A stretch of DNA of 64,000 nt. Source: Pelagomonas calceolata (lineage: Eukaryota). Below are positions 1 to 11,300 of this stretch, one piece after another. Location: the NCBI GenBank assembly GCA_918797485.1, contig CAKKNE010000004.1, positions 1 through 64,000 of the forward strand. Reading direction: 5' to 3'. A program made the translations under genes and the position numbers. Below the pieces are notes generated by a model that saw nothing but the letters and a program-made list of their open reading frames with translations, was not told where the DNA came from and did no database searches. Positions within the stretch are counted from its first letter, which is position 1, and each line of letters starts with the position of its first letter.

Positions 1-300
1 CCTAACCCTAACCCTAACCCTAACCCTAACCCTAACCCTAACCCTAACCCTAACCCTAACCCTACCCCTAACCCTAACCCTAACCCTAACCCTAACCCTA
101 ACCCTAACCCTAACCCTAACCCTAACCCTAACCCTAACCCTAACCCTAACCCTAACCCTAACCCTAACCCTAACCCTAACCCTAACCCTAACCCTAACCC
201 TAACCCTAACCCTAACCCTAACCCTAACCCTAACCCTAACCCTAACCCTAACCCTAACCCTAACCCTAACCCTAACCCAACCCTAACCCAACCCTAACCC
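1..300. repeat. Telomeric repeat array (CCCTAA)n, chromosome left end
   Basis: About 50 tandem CCCTAA units from base 1; variants CCCTAC (~60-65) and CCCAA (~276-291) present. Confidence 0.99.
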
Positions 301-308
301 GCGCTCCT

Positions 309-567
309 GCCACCAAAGACTACCCATAACCTCAATCCTGACACAGAACACTAACACCCAGCCCCAGGGCCTTCGGCCCTGGGGGCCAGGGCCCTTCGGG
401 CCCTGCGCGGGGAGCTGGCCTGAACCCTAACCCTATGTCCCTCACCAGCCACCAAAGACTACCCATAACCTCAATCCTGACACCGAACACTAACACCCAG
501 CCCCAGGGCCTTCGGCCCTGGGGCCAGGGCCCTTCGGGCCCTGCCCGGGGAGTGGGCCTGAACCCTA
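309..567. repeat. Subtelomeric tandem duplication, two ~120-bp units (309-429, 448-567)
   Basis: Both start GCCACCAAAGACTACCCATAACCTCAATCCTGACAC and end GGCCTGAACCCTA; period 139 bp; each has two perfect hairpins. Confidence 0.95.
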
Positions 568-688
568 CACGAGAGCAACTCGGCGCGAGCTTGTTCTCCC
601 GGCGACTTTTTTGTCACAGGGGTGCGGTCATTTGCACCCTATTCTCCCTTTAATTACGGCCCTCGGCGCAGAGGTAGAGGATTTGATT

Positions 689-712
689 GCTAGTGTCTTA
701 CAAGCCGCTAGC
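689..712 (+). promoter_or_regulatory. CTAG-bounded 24-bp upstream element, copy 1
   Basis: GCTAGTGTCTTACAAGCCGCTAGC, 87 bp upstream of ATG 799. Confidence 0.7.
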
Positions 713-798
713 AAGCCCTGCTCGCAAAAAAGACGCGTATGCGTGCGACTGCCGTTTGCGTCGCAGTGTAACCTCGGCTATACTTGCAAGGAATACTA

Positions 799-2409
799 AT
801 GCCACGCGTGCCGCGACACCTCGCTCTGCCAGCAGGACTGCTGGCAGTACTGGTGGCAGCTGCCCTGGCTGCTGGCACCACTGGAGCCACAGCCGTGGCA
901 GCGAAGAGGTCGGAAGGGGATCGGAGGCGGCTCGAGGTGGAGCGCGTGGTCGAGTCGGACGCGAAGCGGCAGCGCGAGGTCGGGCGGATGGACCGAACGG
1001 TCAACGGCACGGCCCTCGAGGCGGCGTGCTGGGGCGTCGACGCGCAGGGACGCAAATCGTGCCTGAGTTACGACGAGGCGCTCGCTGCGGACGCGGCGTT
1101 CCCGCCCTCGGAGGTGGGGTCTTTCGCGTTTGTAGTCGCCTGGTGCGGGGACGGCTTCGACTGGGTGGCGGACCTGATGGCGCGGAGCCCGGGCGCCCAG
1201 CAGGTCTGGAAGCGTCTGATCGTATATCAAAAGTGCGCCATCTACCACAATGCGAGCGACGGGGGCTTCATCGTCGCGTATAGGCACGACGGCTACGCGG
1301 CGACGAAGCCCCAGAGGCTGGACTGCGACGTGACCGGTCCCAACACGACGCTCGCGCCGACCGACGTGCGCCGCGCCATCCTGAACCACTCGCGCGCGGC
1401 GGCGAACTCGAGCGTGAACAGAGCGCTCCGGGCGCTTGATATACGCGTCGTCCCGTTAATAGAGCCGGGCCGCGGCTATCCGACGGGGCTGCACCAGATG
1501 CGCCCGCCCTATAGTACGGACGAGGTCGGGGCGTACTTGCACCACATCTCGCGGTCCTACGACGACCTCGCGGACGGCACGTTCTTCGTGCACGGCCACG
1601 TCCACGGCGGCTACGACGCAGCTGTGAGGACGATGGATTGGACTGCGTCGAGCGGCGTCGCGCCGCAGACGTACTTCGGCACGACGCGGGCTACCGACAC
1701 GCGCGTCCGGTGGCGACGCGGCATGCCGGTGGCGCTCGGCGTGCCGGTCAACGACGCGATGCGCAAGCCGCGCGGCGGCAACTACCGGAACGGAGAGTTC
1801 TACGCGTCGCGGCTGTCCATACGGCGCCGGCCGCGGTCGTGGTTCGCCCAGGCCTTCGGCATCGTGGACCGGGACGCGCGCTGCGCCGACGTCTACAACG
1901 GGATCCCGCGGCCAAGCCTGCCCGCGCCGTTCGAGCAGTTCAACAACCGCTCGTTTACGTGTCCCTGGCCCCGAAAATACGGAGGCAGCGGCGCCGTCGA
2001 GGGCTACTGGAATGTCTTTTTCTGTGAGCCGTGCCTCACACCCCACCGGGATCCGGACGTCAGGATCCCGTGGTCCGAGGCGGCCGGGCTGGAGGAGGGC
2101 CGTGTCGCCGCCGGCGAGGCGATCCGCACGGTCGCCGCTCCGGAGGTGGTGCGCCAGGCGGTGGCCTCCCTCATGCAGTTGCTTCACAGGGCGCAGCGTG
2201 ACTTCGGCTCGGCCCAGGGCCCGGACGAGGCGGTAGCGGCGCGGCTCCGGGAGGACCTCGAAATCGCGCGCGGCAAGCTGGCCGCCCTGGACCCGAACGC
2301 GACGCTGCAAGACCTAAAGAGCTTCAAAGATGCCAAGGCGCTGCTGCGCAAAACGATACCCACGCGTCCCGCGACGGCGCCGCCTAGCAGCCTTCCAAAA
2401 GGCATATAG
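799..2409 (+). CDS. Secreted/type II membrane DUF3431-like protein (putative glycosyltransferase-related)
   Basis: Hydrophobic N-terminus; motifs EVGAYLHHISRSYDDLADGTFFVHGH, FYASRLSIRRRPRSWF and EGYWNVFFCEP resemble DUF3431; first ATG at 799. Confidence 0.7.
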   Translation: MPRVPRHLALPAGLLAVLVAAALAAGTTGATAVAAKRSEGDRRRLEVERVVESDAKRQREVGRMDRTVNGTALEAACWGVDAQGRKSCLSYDEALAADAAFPPSEVGSFAFVVAWCGDGFDWVADLMARSPGAQQVWKRLIVYQKCAIYHNASDGGFIVAYRHDGYAATKPQRLDCDVTGPNTTLAPTDVRRAILNHSRAAANSSVNRALRALDIRVVPLIEPGRGYPTGLHQMRPPYSTDEVGAYLHHISRSYDDLADGTFFVHGHVHGGYDAAVRTMDWTASSGVAPQTYFGTTRATDTRVRWRRGMPVALGVPVNDAMRKPRGGNYRNGEFYASRLSIRRRPRSWFAQAFGIVDRDARCADVYNGIPRPSLPAPFEQFNNRSFTCPWPRKYGGSGAVEGYWNVFFCEPCLTPHRDPDVRIPWSEAAGLEEGRVAAGEAIRTVAAPEVVRQAVASLMQLLHRAQRDFGSAQGPDEAVAARLREDLEIARGKLAALDPNATLQDLKSFKDAKALLRKTIPTRPATAPPSSLPKGI

Positions 2410-2467
2410 CTCAGCGAGTGGCATGGGTTTGTTTTAGATTAAGAGACTTGTGTTATTGCAGTCTTAG

Positions 2468-2618
2468 TACACCTCGAACTTACCAAAAGCCACTAGTGGC
2501 CCCAAGGAACGTCTTCGATCTTTCCCCACGTCACCGTCGTCTTCTCTTCCACCTTTGGCGGCGCTGGGGACGACGACGGCGGCGGCGGCGGCACGGCCGC
2601 TCCACCGAGAGCCCGCAT
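2468..2618 (-). repeat. Inverted repeat arm A (gene tail plus 3'UTR), partner 6871-7018
   Basis: Reverse complement matches 6871-7018 with 6 substitutions and one 3-bp indel. Confidence 0.97.
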
Positions 2619-5155
2619 GCTCCCGATGCGCGCGCCGCGCGTCCCGTTCTCGCCGTCGAGCTGCACCCGCCACCAGCCGTTGTCGCCCGGGAGCTCCGTA
2701 ATCGTCCCGCGTTTGCCAAACGCCCAGACTCGACTGCCGAGGCGCAGGCCGCCGGTGTTTTTGACGGGCGCCTTTCGCCGCGGCGGCGCGCGCGCCCGCT
2801 TTCGCACCGGAGCGCGCTTGTACGGGTTCGGCTTGTTGACGTAGGTCTCGCCGGCGGCGTGGGCCTTGAGCTTGTCGATAAAGTCCTCCTTGCGGTCCTG
2901 CGGGCCGCGGCCCACGCCGCGCCGCGCCATGAGCTTTCGCAGCTGCGTCCCCGTCATGGCCTCGAGCGCGGCGTCGGACGGCAGGCCTCCCCGCGGTCCT
3001 GTTTTTTCTGGTGCTGGTGGCGGTAGTGCCTTGGGTCGTGCCTTCTTTTCTTTTTCGCCGTCGGACCTTTCAGCTTCGCTGGACTCGCACGAAGAATAAA
3101 AGTCCTCCGGCCGCTCAAAAGCCGCCTTCTCGCGAAAGAACAGAATCAGAGAATGCCGCGGCTTGTCCACGGCTCGCACAGCATGCAAGAGGCTCGAATC
3201 ATGCAAGGTGACGTCGCCCTCTTTTCGGCGGATGCGCACGAGCTGGCCTCCCGCCACCGCGTAGAGCTCGCCGTCGTCGCAGAGTGCGACGTTCGCCGTG
3301 ACGTGCGCCGCGTCGCAGTGAAAGGGAATGTCCGTTCGTTGCGTGCCCGGCGCGTAGGCGCGCAGGAAGCACTCGACGTCGTACTTGTAGTGCCGCCCGA
3401 TGGTCCGCCAGAGCTTGTCCCGCGCCGCCGCGCCGATGATGGACTCGAGCTCCGCGACGTCCAAATTGACCTGGCGGTCCGGCAGGCCGTCGACCGTGTC
3501 CCGCTTTGACGAGGCCCGCGCCTCCGCGACGGCGCGCAGCGCCGCACATTGCGAAGCCGTCAGCACCTTTGACCTTTTCGCGATCGCCGCGTGCGCGGGC
3601 AGTCTTAACCCCCGCATCGCCTGCTTGTGCGTCTCTTCGTCGAGGCGCAGCGCGCGCAGTAAGGCCCGTGGATTCGTCAGCTCCCAGTCGTCGTTCAGCG
3701 CGAGCAGGTCACTGGGCGTCATGAGCTCGGACTCCTTTTCTTCCTCGGGCGTGGGGTCGCCGTCGCAGTCCGCCTGGACGCGATCGCAGACGTCGATCAC
3801 CCGATCATACAGGTCCGCGCAGGTCGGGTGCGCCTCGATGCGCTCGCAGTAGCGTGCGACTTTCAGGGCTATAAAGCCGCAGAACCCGGCGGTGCCGTGC
3901 GTCTCGGCTTCTTCGTAACTTTGTAGGAGGGCCTCGTCAATGCCACCATTGGCAACGTACTCTTGTGGTAAAGGGGCCTTCGCACAAGCGACGTCGCCCG
4001 GGATATTCAAAGCGCGGCACGCCGCGAGGCGGCAGCAGTACGCGGCCTCGCCGTCGGCGAGCGTCGTGCAAAACGGGAATTGCGGGCCGGGCGCCTCGGC
4101 ATAGAACGTGATTCGCCCGGCATCGTCGCCGATTTTGAGTAGGCTCGCGACCCGGTCTTCGTCCACACAACAAACGTCGCGCGGGTGCACCCGGTCGCGG
4201 CAGACGCCGTGCCGCAGCGCGAGGTCGCACCAGCTCATGTCGCCAAAGTCCCGCCGCACCGGCTGGCGCTTCGCCGCGCCGCCCCGTTGGATGAAGATGC
4301 CGATGCGGTTTCCTTTCTCGACCGGACGCACGACCACGCAGGCGTCGTCGCCCGCGGCGGGTTTGAGCGCGCCGACGAGCGGCTCCGGCTCGAGCGCCCA
4401 GCCCTCGTCCTCCCCGAGGTAGAGCGCGTGCCGCCGCACGTACGCCAGAAACAACAAAGGCGACGGCGTCCAGTCGCGCCTCTTGTGCGCCCAACTTCGT
4501 ATCCGTTTCCGCAGGGCGTCGATCGGGCCCCGGCCGCCGCGGCCGAAGCGGAAGACGTTGAGGTCCTTCTTCTTCAACTCCCAGCTGGTGAGCGCGGGGT
4601 CGTCGTCGACGAGGTCCTCGTACTGAACGGCCTCTTTCCAAACGCCCTTGGCCTCGACATGCCTATGTTAGTGATTCAATCTCAATGATGATGATGGTGG
4701 ACACCGTGTCACTACCGGAACCAGAGGTCGGCGAGCTCGAACTGCCAGCTCAAGTCGTCGCCGTCCTTTTCGAGGACTTGACACGCGATGCGCAGCGTGC
4801 CGATGCGGGCCCAGGGCTCGAGCTCGGCCGTCGCCACCATTTCGTCGGCGCCTCCGTCCGCCTCCTCCTCGAACGCCAGTGGGATGCTTGTGTCCTTCTT
4901 CTTCTTGTCGTCGCCCGCCGGTTTTTTCTCGGGTTTACGTTTCCGAGCGCCGCGCGGCGACGACGAGGCCTTCCTCGGCGGCTTGGCGGAGTGCGACTCC
5001 TTGGTTGTCTTCTTCCTCCTCCTCCTTTTCTTCTTCTTCGGCGCCCTGACAAGGCCCGGCGCGAGCAAAAAGGCGCCGGCCTTCTCCATGCGCGCGCGCG
5101 TCTTTTGCCGGCGCTGCTGCGCCGCCGGCGACAGGTCGTCGAGTGGGTTAGGCAT
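2493..5155 (-). CDS. 2OG-Fe(II) oxygenase-domain protein with basic N-terminus and SAP-like and Tudor/KOW-like C-terminal segments (2 exons: 5155-4716, 4662-2493)
   Basis: ORFs 4712..5269 and 2493..4577 join in frame across a 53-bp GT-AG intron; HCD...H...RxS 2OG motif (FHCDAAHVTANV, LLHAV, PRHSLILF). Confidence 0.75.
4663..4715 (-). other. Canonical short spliceosomal intron
   Basis: GTAGTG...CACTAACATAG with CTAAC branch point; phase 2; removal restores the frame (WFR|HVEAK). Confidence 0.85.
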
Positions 5156-5577
5156 GTTTCTTGCGCTTCGGCTTGCGCTTCGGCGCGAAGTCGTCGAGGG
5201 CCGAGGATGCGCCGCAGCCGCCGAGGGGCACGCGAAAGTAGGCGAGCAGGGCGACGCCGGCAATGACAATCAAGACAAATAATGCGTTGACTGCTGTGTC
5301 TGCGTGCATGTATGAGCTGCTGCAAGCGGTCGAAGTCCGCGCGCGCGCCGGTCCGCGAGAGCCAGCGAAACCCGTTTTGTCATATTTGAATTCGAAACTT
5401 GGCGACGCGCCTTCACGTCTCTCTCGGGCCTGAGAGGAGTCGTATGATCGCAGGAGCGGCTCCAAGGGCCTGGTGCTGCCAAGATTGTTCGTTTTGTTTG
5501 GAAAGAGAGCAACAATCCTGGCTGATAGCCAGGATACCGCATCGCTGCCCAACAGCAGCCCGTACGCCGCTTTCGCA

Positions 5578-6993
5578 ATGACAGACATGTGCGAGCTCCA
5601 GCTCGAACGCGGCGCCCTCGTATTGCGCGGATTCGACGACTCTCCCATGTCCTCCGCGATGTCCTCCGCGCGTTTCTACAAGCTCGATCGTTCCGCGCTG
5701 GCGGAGCGCTTGCCCTCGTCCTTCGCGGAGCTCGACTCCCTGCTCGGCGTGAAAACAGCCGCCGAGCACTTCACGGCGGCCTTCCGCCTGCCGTGCCTCG
5801 CCGGGGCCGACGACAGGCGGCTCTTCGCCAAGGTGTGCGAGTGGGCGCTCGAGGCGCTGCAAGATCCGGCGCTGCAGGAGCTTCCGCCGCTCGCACCTGG
5901 CGAGTCGCGCACGTTTACTGCCCGACAGTGCTGCGGCATCCTCGCCAACGCGATGCTCGGCAACGTCGCAGACCTCATGGCGGAGCACAAGCACAACCTC
6001 GGCGGCCTGTCCTTTATGCGCCACCTGCGCTTCGCGGAGGGGGTGTACGTGCACAAGACGGCAGCGCTGCTCGTGTACTTCGAGGCGAGGATGCAGGCCG
6101 ATGGCACCGAAGACGATGGCCGCGAGGTCGTGTTCGAGCACTTGCGGTGCCCCTTGGAAAGCGAGTTTGAAGAGCTGGTGCGGCGGCGCGGCGACGTGCG
6201 ACTGGCTGCCGATGCGAGCACTTGCACGCTGCACGCGGACGTGATGGAGGCGCCGCCTGCCGACGCCTTCGTCAACTTCGCCAACAGCAACTTTGGCTAC
6301 GGCTGCTTCATACCGAGCTGCACGCAGGAGGAGATTCTGCAGATGTGCTGCCCAGAGTTCAATGTCGGCATGTTGCTGATCGGAGCGATGGGCGACGGCG
6401 AGGCGGTCAACGTGCGTGGTTGCCGGCGGTACTCGCGGTACACGGGCTATCTCGACTCGTACGAGTGCGCGGGCGCGTGGCAGTCGCACACCATCTGCAC
6501 CATCCTCACCCTCGACGCATGCACGCACGCCCACTTCTCCCGGCGCCACCTGCTCCGTGACGTGCGCAAGGCCTACACCTCCTTCGCCATGCTCGCCGAG
6601 GCCAAGCGCGCGGACGGCGACGCGACGTCGACCGCCGTCGTATCCACTGGGCGATGGGGTTGCGGCGTCTTCGGGGGCGTCCCAGCGCACAAGTTTTTAC
6701 AGCAGCTGATTGCGGCGAGTCTGGCGGGGGTGCGTCTCGCATTCTCAACATTCGGCCAGCCCGACGGCTGCGACGAGCTTCTCGAGAAAATCGGCCGTAC
6801 GCAGTTGAGCGTTGGGCAAGCGTGGGAGCTGCTCGGTGCCTGCGACTCGAATAGTGCGTTTCAGGGGCGGATGCGGGCTCTCGGTGGAGCGGCTGTGCCG
6901 CCGCCGCCGCCGTCGTCGTCCCCAGCGCCGCCAAAGGTGGAAGAGAAGACGACCGTGACGTGGGGAAAGATCGAAGATGTTCCTTGGGGCTAG
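5578..6993 (+). CDS. PARG: Poly(ADP-ribose) glycohydrolase
   Basis: VNFAN..GYG...TQEEI..CPE catalytic loop and TGRWGCGVFGG motif; first ATG 5578. Confidence 0.9.
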   Translation: MTDMCELQLERGALVLRGFDDSPMSSAMSSARFYKLDRSALAERLPSSFAELDSLLGVKTAAEHFTAAFRLPCLAGADDRRLFAKVCEWALEALQDPALQELPPLAPGESRTFTARQCCGILANAMLGNVADLMAEHKHNLGGLSFMRHLRFAEGVYVHKTAALLVYFEARMQADGTEDDGREVVFEHLRCPLESEFEELVRRRGDVRLAADASTCTLHADVMEAPPADAFVNFANSNFGYGCFIPSCTQEEILQMCCPEFNVGMLLIGAMGDGEAVNVRGCRRYSRYTGYLDSYECAGAWQSHTICTILTLDACTHAHFSRRHLLRDVRKAYTSFAMLAEAKRADGDATSTAVVSTGRWGCGVFGGVPAHKFLQQLIAASLAGVRLAFSTFGQPDGCDELLEKIGRTQLSVGQAWELLGACDSNSAFQGRMRALGGAAVPPPPPSSSPAPPKVEEKTTVTWGKIEDVPWG

Positions 6994-7018
6994 TGGAGTT
7001 CGGTAAGTTCGAGGTGTA
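6871..7018 (+). repeat. Inverted repeat arm B (PARG tail plus 3'UTR)
   Basis: Encodes MRALGGAAVPPPPPSSSPAPPKVEEKTTVTWGKIEDVPWG, identical to the tail of the 2493..5155 gene. Confidence 0.97.
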
Positions 7019-7042
7019 AGATGTGCGAACAACCGAATTCAA

Positions 7043-7840
7043 TTAATAGATATAGACGCGCTCCTTGCCGCAGTAGCGCGCGTGGCGCCGCTGGCCCGAC
7101 GACGCGAGCGACCGAGCCGTCTCGGCGCGGAGCGTCTCCCGTTTCGCTCGTTCCTCGCGGCGTACAGCTGCCGCGGTCGCGGCGGCCAGAAAGCGGCGGC
7201 GCGACGGCGTCCGCCCCGCGATGCGATGGGCCTCGGCCGTCAACTCGGACAGGCGCCGTTTCAGCGTGTCGACCTCGCGCACGACCGACGCCGGGGAGTT
7301 TTGTTTCACCGCGGGGCGAGTGTAGTAGCCGAAACCGTTGTTCCCCGACGTCATCATAAATGCGGCGCGACCCTGGAGCGCGCCGGACGGGCGGAAGGGC
7401 TTGCCCCGGTAGACGTGGCGGTAGTCTCGCACTTTGCGCTCCTTGAGAGGTTTCTCGCCGCCCCACTCTTGCTGCAGCAGCTGGGACTTTCGGTGCGGGG
7501 AACTCGGCTGAGCGTCGGGCGGCGCGCTCTTCGTGACGCCCGAGTTGGGCCGCGTCGGGATCTCGCTCTGGTCTATTATCGGCTCTCCGGCGGCACGGAT
7601 GGCATACGACCGATTCCGCGTGTTCGGCTCCTCCCACCGCAAGAGGAACTCTTCGATCGGCGCCGAGCTGTGCTTGCAACTCCACCCCGAGCCGGTGGTC
7701 TGGTGCGTCTGGTACGTCTGGTACGACCCGCCGGCGAGCGAATTGCTTTCGAGCAACGGGTCGAGGCGCGGCTCGAAGCGTTCATTCGGTGACACCGCGG
7801 CGTAGCTGGCTTGCGAGTCGAAGCTGCTCAAGTCGTCCAT
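7043..7840 (-). CDS. Hypothetical protein
   Basis: 265-aa ATG-initiated ORF with coding-like GC3 bias; no family recognised. Confidence 0.65.
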   Translation of the reverse strand: MDDLSSFDSQASYAAVSPNERFEPRLDPLLESNSLAGGSYQTYQTHQTTGSGWSCKHSSAPIEEFLLRWEEPNTRNRSYAIRAAGEPIIDQSEIPTRPNSGVTKSAPPDAQPSSPHRKSQLLQQEWGGEKPLKERKVRDYRHVYRGKPFRPSGALQGRAAFMMTSGNNGFGYYTRPAVKQNSPASVVREVDTLKRRLSELTAEAHRIAGRTPSRRRFLAAATAAAVRREERAKRETLRAETARSLASSGQRRHARYCGKERVYIY

Positions 7841-8384
7841 TTTGGCAGCCTGCCTGCACTACACTGAGCCGGTATCAGTCAACCGGGCAGCGTGCCTACG
7901 CTCGAGCACGATGCGAAATGACTTGCGAAAGAGCTGGTATCGTCCTCGCGGCCGCACACGCTCGCACTGTAATGGGAGAGCCAGGCCGCTAAAATGAGAG
8001 CCCCTGAGCCATAACGCCCGGGATCGCCGGGAAACGTGGCAGGCCTAGCGAGACGTCCTTCTCGAGCCCACACAGCGCAAAATGGGGCCAGAGAAACCCG
8101 AAAGTTCAAACCCCCCATGCAACTTTGCCCCAACCCTCGCTCCCGGAGCCGCGCCATCCCGCGGGACCCCACGGGCCCGCCGGCAGCAGAAAATGACCGC
8201 CACATAGTGGACCCCACCGACCCCTGAGCGGGGGCAGCAAAAAAGTCGCAGCGCTGCCGCCCGGCACAAGCCACAGAGGGCTTGGGTTGCTGCTTGCTCC
8301 GCGCCCCCTGGGACCGCGCCGGGCGACCGAGCCGTCCCTTCGCCAACGCCCACACCGCGACCGCGGCCCAGGGCCTCCGGGAAG

Positions 8385-11300
8385 ATGTTCCCGGGCGCCA
8401 AGGCGATGCCGCGCCTGGACGGCCCGCCGCCGCCGCTCCTGGACGTGCACGCGCTGCGGCACATCGTTCCGAGTTCCGCGGGCAGCCCGCGGAGCCGGGC
8501 CGCGAGTCCGTCGCAGAACACGCGGCACCAGAAGCGCGCGGCCGAGCAAATCGCGGACTGGCTGCGGGACTCGGAGCGGCTCAAGGAACTGCAGCGGCGC
8601 GCCGAGGACGCCATGCGGCAGGCTGACGCCGTCGAGAGGGCGCGCCGGATCGCTGAGGACGCCCGGCGGCCCGACCTGGACGGGGGCCGGACACCCGAGG
8701 CGCCGGCGCCGCCGTCGCCGCCGCGCTCGCTAAAAGCGGTACCGCCGCCGCAGCGGCGGGCCGTGCGCGACGCGGCGTTCGTGCGCGAGCTCGGATTGCT
8801 GGACGTTGCGGCGCTGCGGCGGCTCGAGGCGGGCTACAGCGAGAGCGTCGCCCAGTCCAAGGCCCTGGACGCGTTCCTGGTCGAGGCCCTCGGCGACGCA
8901 CCGGCGGTCTCGCGCGCCGACGCAGCGCGCGCGGCGGCCCGCGCGGCGCGGAAGCGGCTGCTCGACGTCAACGCGGCGCCCGACGACGTGCGGCGCGCGC
9001 TGGACGCGTGCGGCGTCAGCGACGACGGCACCTCTTCAAGGAGGGCCCCGGCCCCGGGCCCCGCGCCGGCGCCCGCACCGGGCCCCGCCCCATCGGCGGC
9101 GCCCGCGCGGAAGCGGCCGCAGAGCCGCCCGGGACGCTACGTCGCGGCGCGCAAGCTCCGCCGGTTTTTGTGCGATCGTGTCCGCATCGACGGATCCGCG
9201 CGAGCGCTCGGCGGGCCCGAGGGCGCCCCGCTCGACGCGCGGCTCGACAACTTGTTTACCCAGTCCCTGCTGGATCGCGGCCCCCCCACCGCGCCGCCGA
9301 CCAAGGCGGCCTGGGCCGTCGCCGCGGCGTCGTCCAAGGCGGCCCTGCGGCGGCGCCAGCGGCGGCGCCAGCGTGCACTAACACGAGGCGCGCCGCTCGA
9401 GCCGCTCGAGCCGCCGCACGTCCGGTTGCGGCGCGAGCTCGGCGCCGCGCTCGCGTCGCAAGAGCGCTCCAAGCAAGCCGTCAAGGACGAGACGGTCTGG
9501 GTCGCGTCCAACGTCAACCGCCAGGACGACGCGCTCGCGCCGGCGACGCAGGCGCTCTGTTGGTATCCAGTGTCCTCTTATCTGCCTTCTTGATTCGTAT
9601 CGTGGCGCTGGTCCGTCGTACGGATTGAGTGCAGCGCTGCCCCACCACACGCCATCGAAGCGTCGACTTCTGCCCCATACGCCATCGCCCACACGAGATA
9701 GAGCACAGACAGCTCCGGGTAACTGAAAAATGACCACAAACACACACAGGTCGCAAGTGGGCCGCCGAGAAGCTGCGTGCCGTCGCCAAAAAGCTCGAGA
9801 TGGGGCGGATGCAACGCTTCAAGGCCCGCTGGGCGCGCGCCGCGCGGCTCTGCGCGCACGCCGACCGGGCGCGCCGCTACGCCGACCTGCTGGCCGCCGA
9901 GCGCTGCCTCAAGGCGGCGGGGTCCGTCGCGGAGACGTTGTGCCGGTCGGCGCTGCAGCGGTGGAAGATCCTTTCGAAGACCCTGCACGACGCCGAGTGG
10001 CGGACCGCGGCCATTGCGATCCAGACCGCCGCGCGCGGCCAAGTCGGGCGCACCGAGGGCGCCTGGCGCCGGCTCGAGCTCAAGGCCATATCGATTCAGC
10101 GCCTCGACCGCGGCAGAAGAGCCCGCCTCGAAGCCAAGCGGCGCGCTGAAGAACGGCGGCGGGACGCGGCGTCCGCCGTGCTCGGGCGCGCGTGCCAGAA
10201 CCGCCAGGCGTGCGCGCCGGCGCGCGACGAGGCGCGGTCGAGGCGAGCGGCGCGGCTCCTCGCGGCGCAATCCAATGGCGCCTTGTTTATGCAGAGGCTG
10301 CTGCGAAAGCGCAAGGCGCGGAAAGTGGTCGCGGAAAAGCGCGAGCTGCGCGAGCAAGCGCTCCGCGAGGACGCCGCCGCGACGGCGCTGCAGTCAAGGC
10401 ATCGGGCCATCGAGGCGACGCGGGCCGTGGAGAAGCGGCGCGCGGCCGCCGCGCGTGTGGCCGCGGCGACGCGGTTGCAGTCCCGACGGCGTTGTACCAA
10501 GGCGACGCGGCGCGTGATGTCCATGCGTTTGGTTGCCGCGGCGACGCGGTTGCAGTGTGCCCATCGGTCTCGAATCGCGCGACGCGACGTTGGACAAAGG
10601 CGGGCCGCGGCTCTGGCTTTAAAACGAGACGGCGCGGCCAAGACCGCCCAGCGGCTCGTGCGACGACGGCTGGCGCGGCGACGCGTCGCCTTGTTGCGGG
10701 AAGCCGTCGCGAAACGCGAGGTCGGCGCCCTGGCGCTGCAGAACGCGATCCGAGCCAAGCGCGCGCGCGCCGAAGTCTCGACGAAGCGAAAAGAGCGCGA
10801 CGACCGCATCGCCCGCGAGGCCGCCGCCGAGCGCGCGCGGCTCGCCGCCGCCGCAGCGGAGGAGGCGCGGCTCGCCCGCCTGAAGCGCGAGAAGGCCGTA
10901 CGCGCCGCCTCCGAGGCCGCCGCGGAAGCGGTCAAGGCCTCCGAGACCGCGCGGTCGCAAGTCGACGCGGCCTTGGAGACCATCACAACCGAGCAGCGTC
11001 GGGAGGACGCGCGCCTGGCGCAGGCCGCCGCCGAGGCGGCCGCGCGCGCGGAGGCGGAGCGCGTCGCCGCGGCCGAGGCCGAGGCCGCACGCGTCGAGGC
11101 CGAGCGGCGGGAGATTGAGCGGCTGCAGGCCGAGCGCATGAAAGCCGCGGAGGAGCGGCGCCTGGAGGAGCGCGCCGCGCAACGGCGCGCCGCTGTCGAG
11201 GCCGCGATCAAGGCTCTAGAGACGGCCTGCGCTGGCGAGGACATTGCAGCGCTCGACGCGGCCCTCGAGCAGGCGGCGTCCGCCGGCGTGCACCGCGAGC

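Noticed and set aside
435..653. 72-aa ORF in the subtelomere
   Set aside because: Lies within the hairpin repeat unit and has no coding signature
2460..7030. 150-bp inverted repeat as the TIRs of a transposon
   Set aside because: No target-site duplication at the outer ends and no transposase; the arms are coding tail plus UTR
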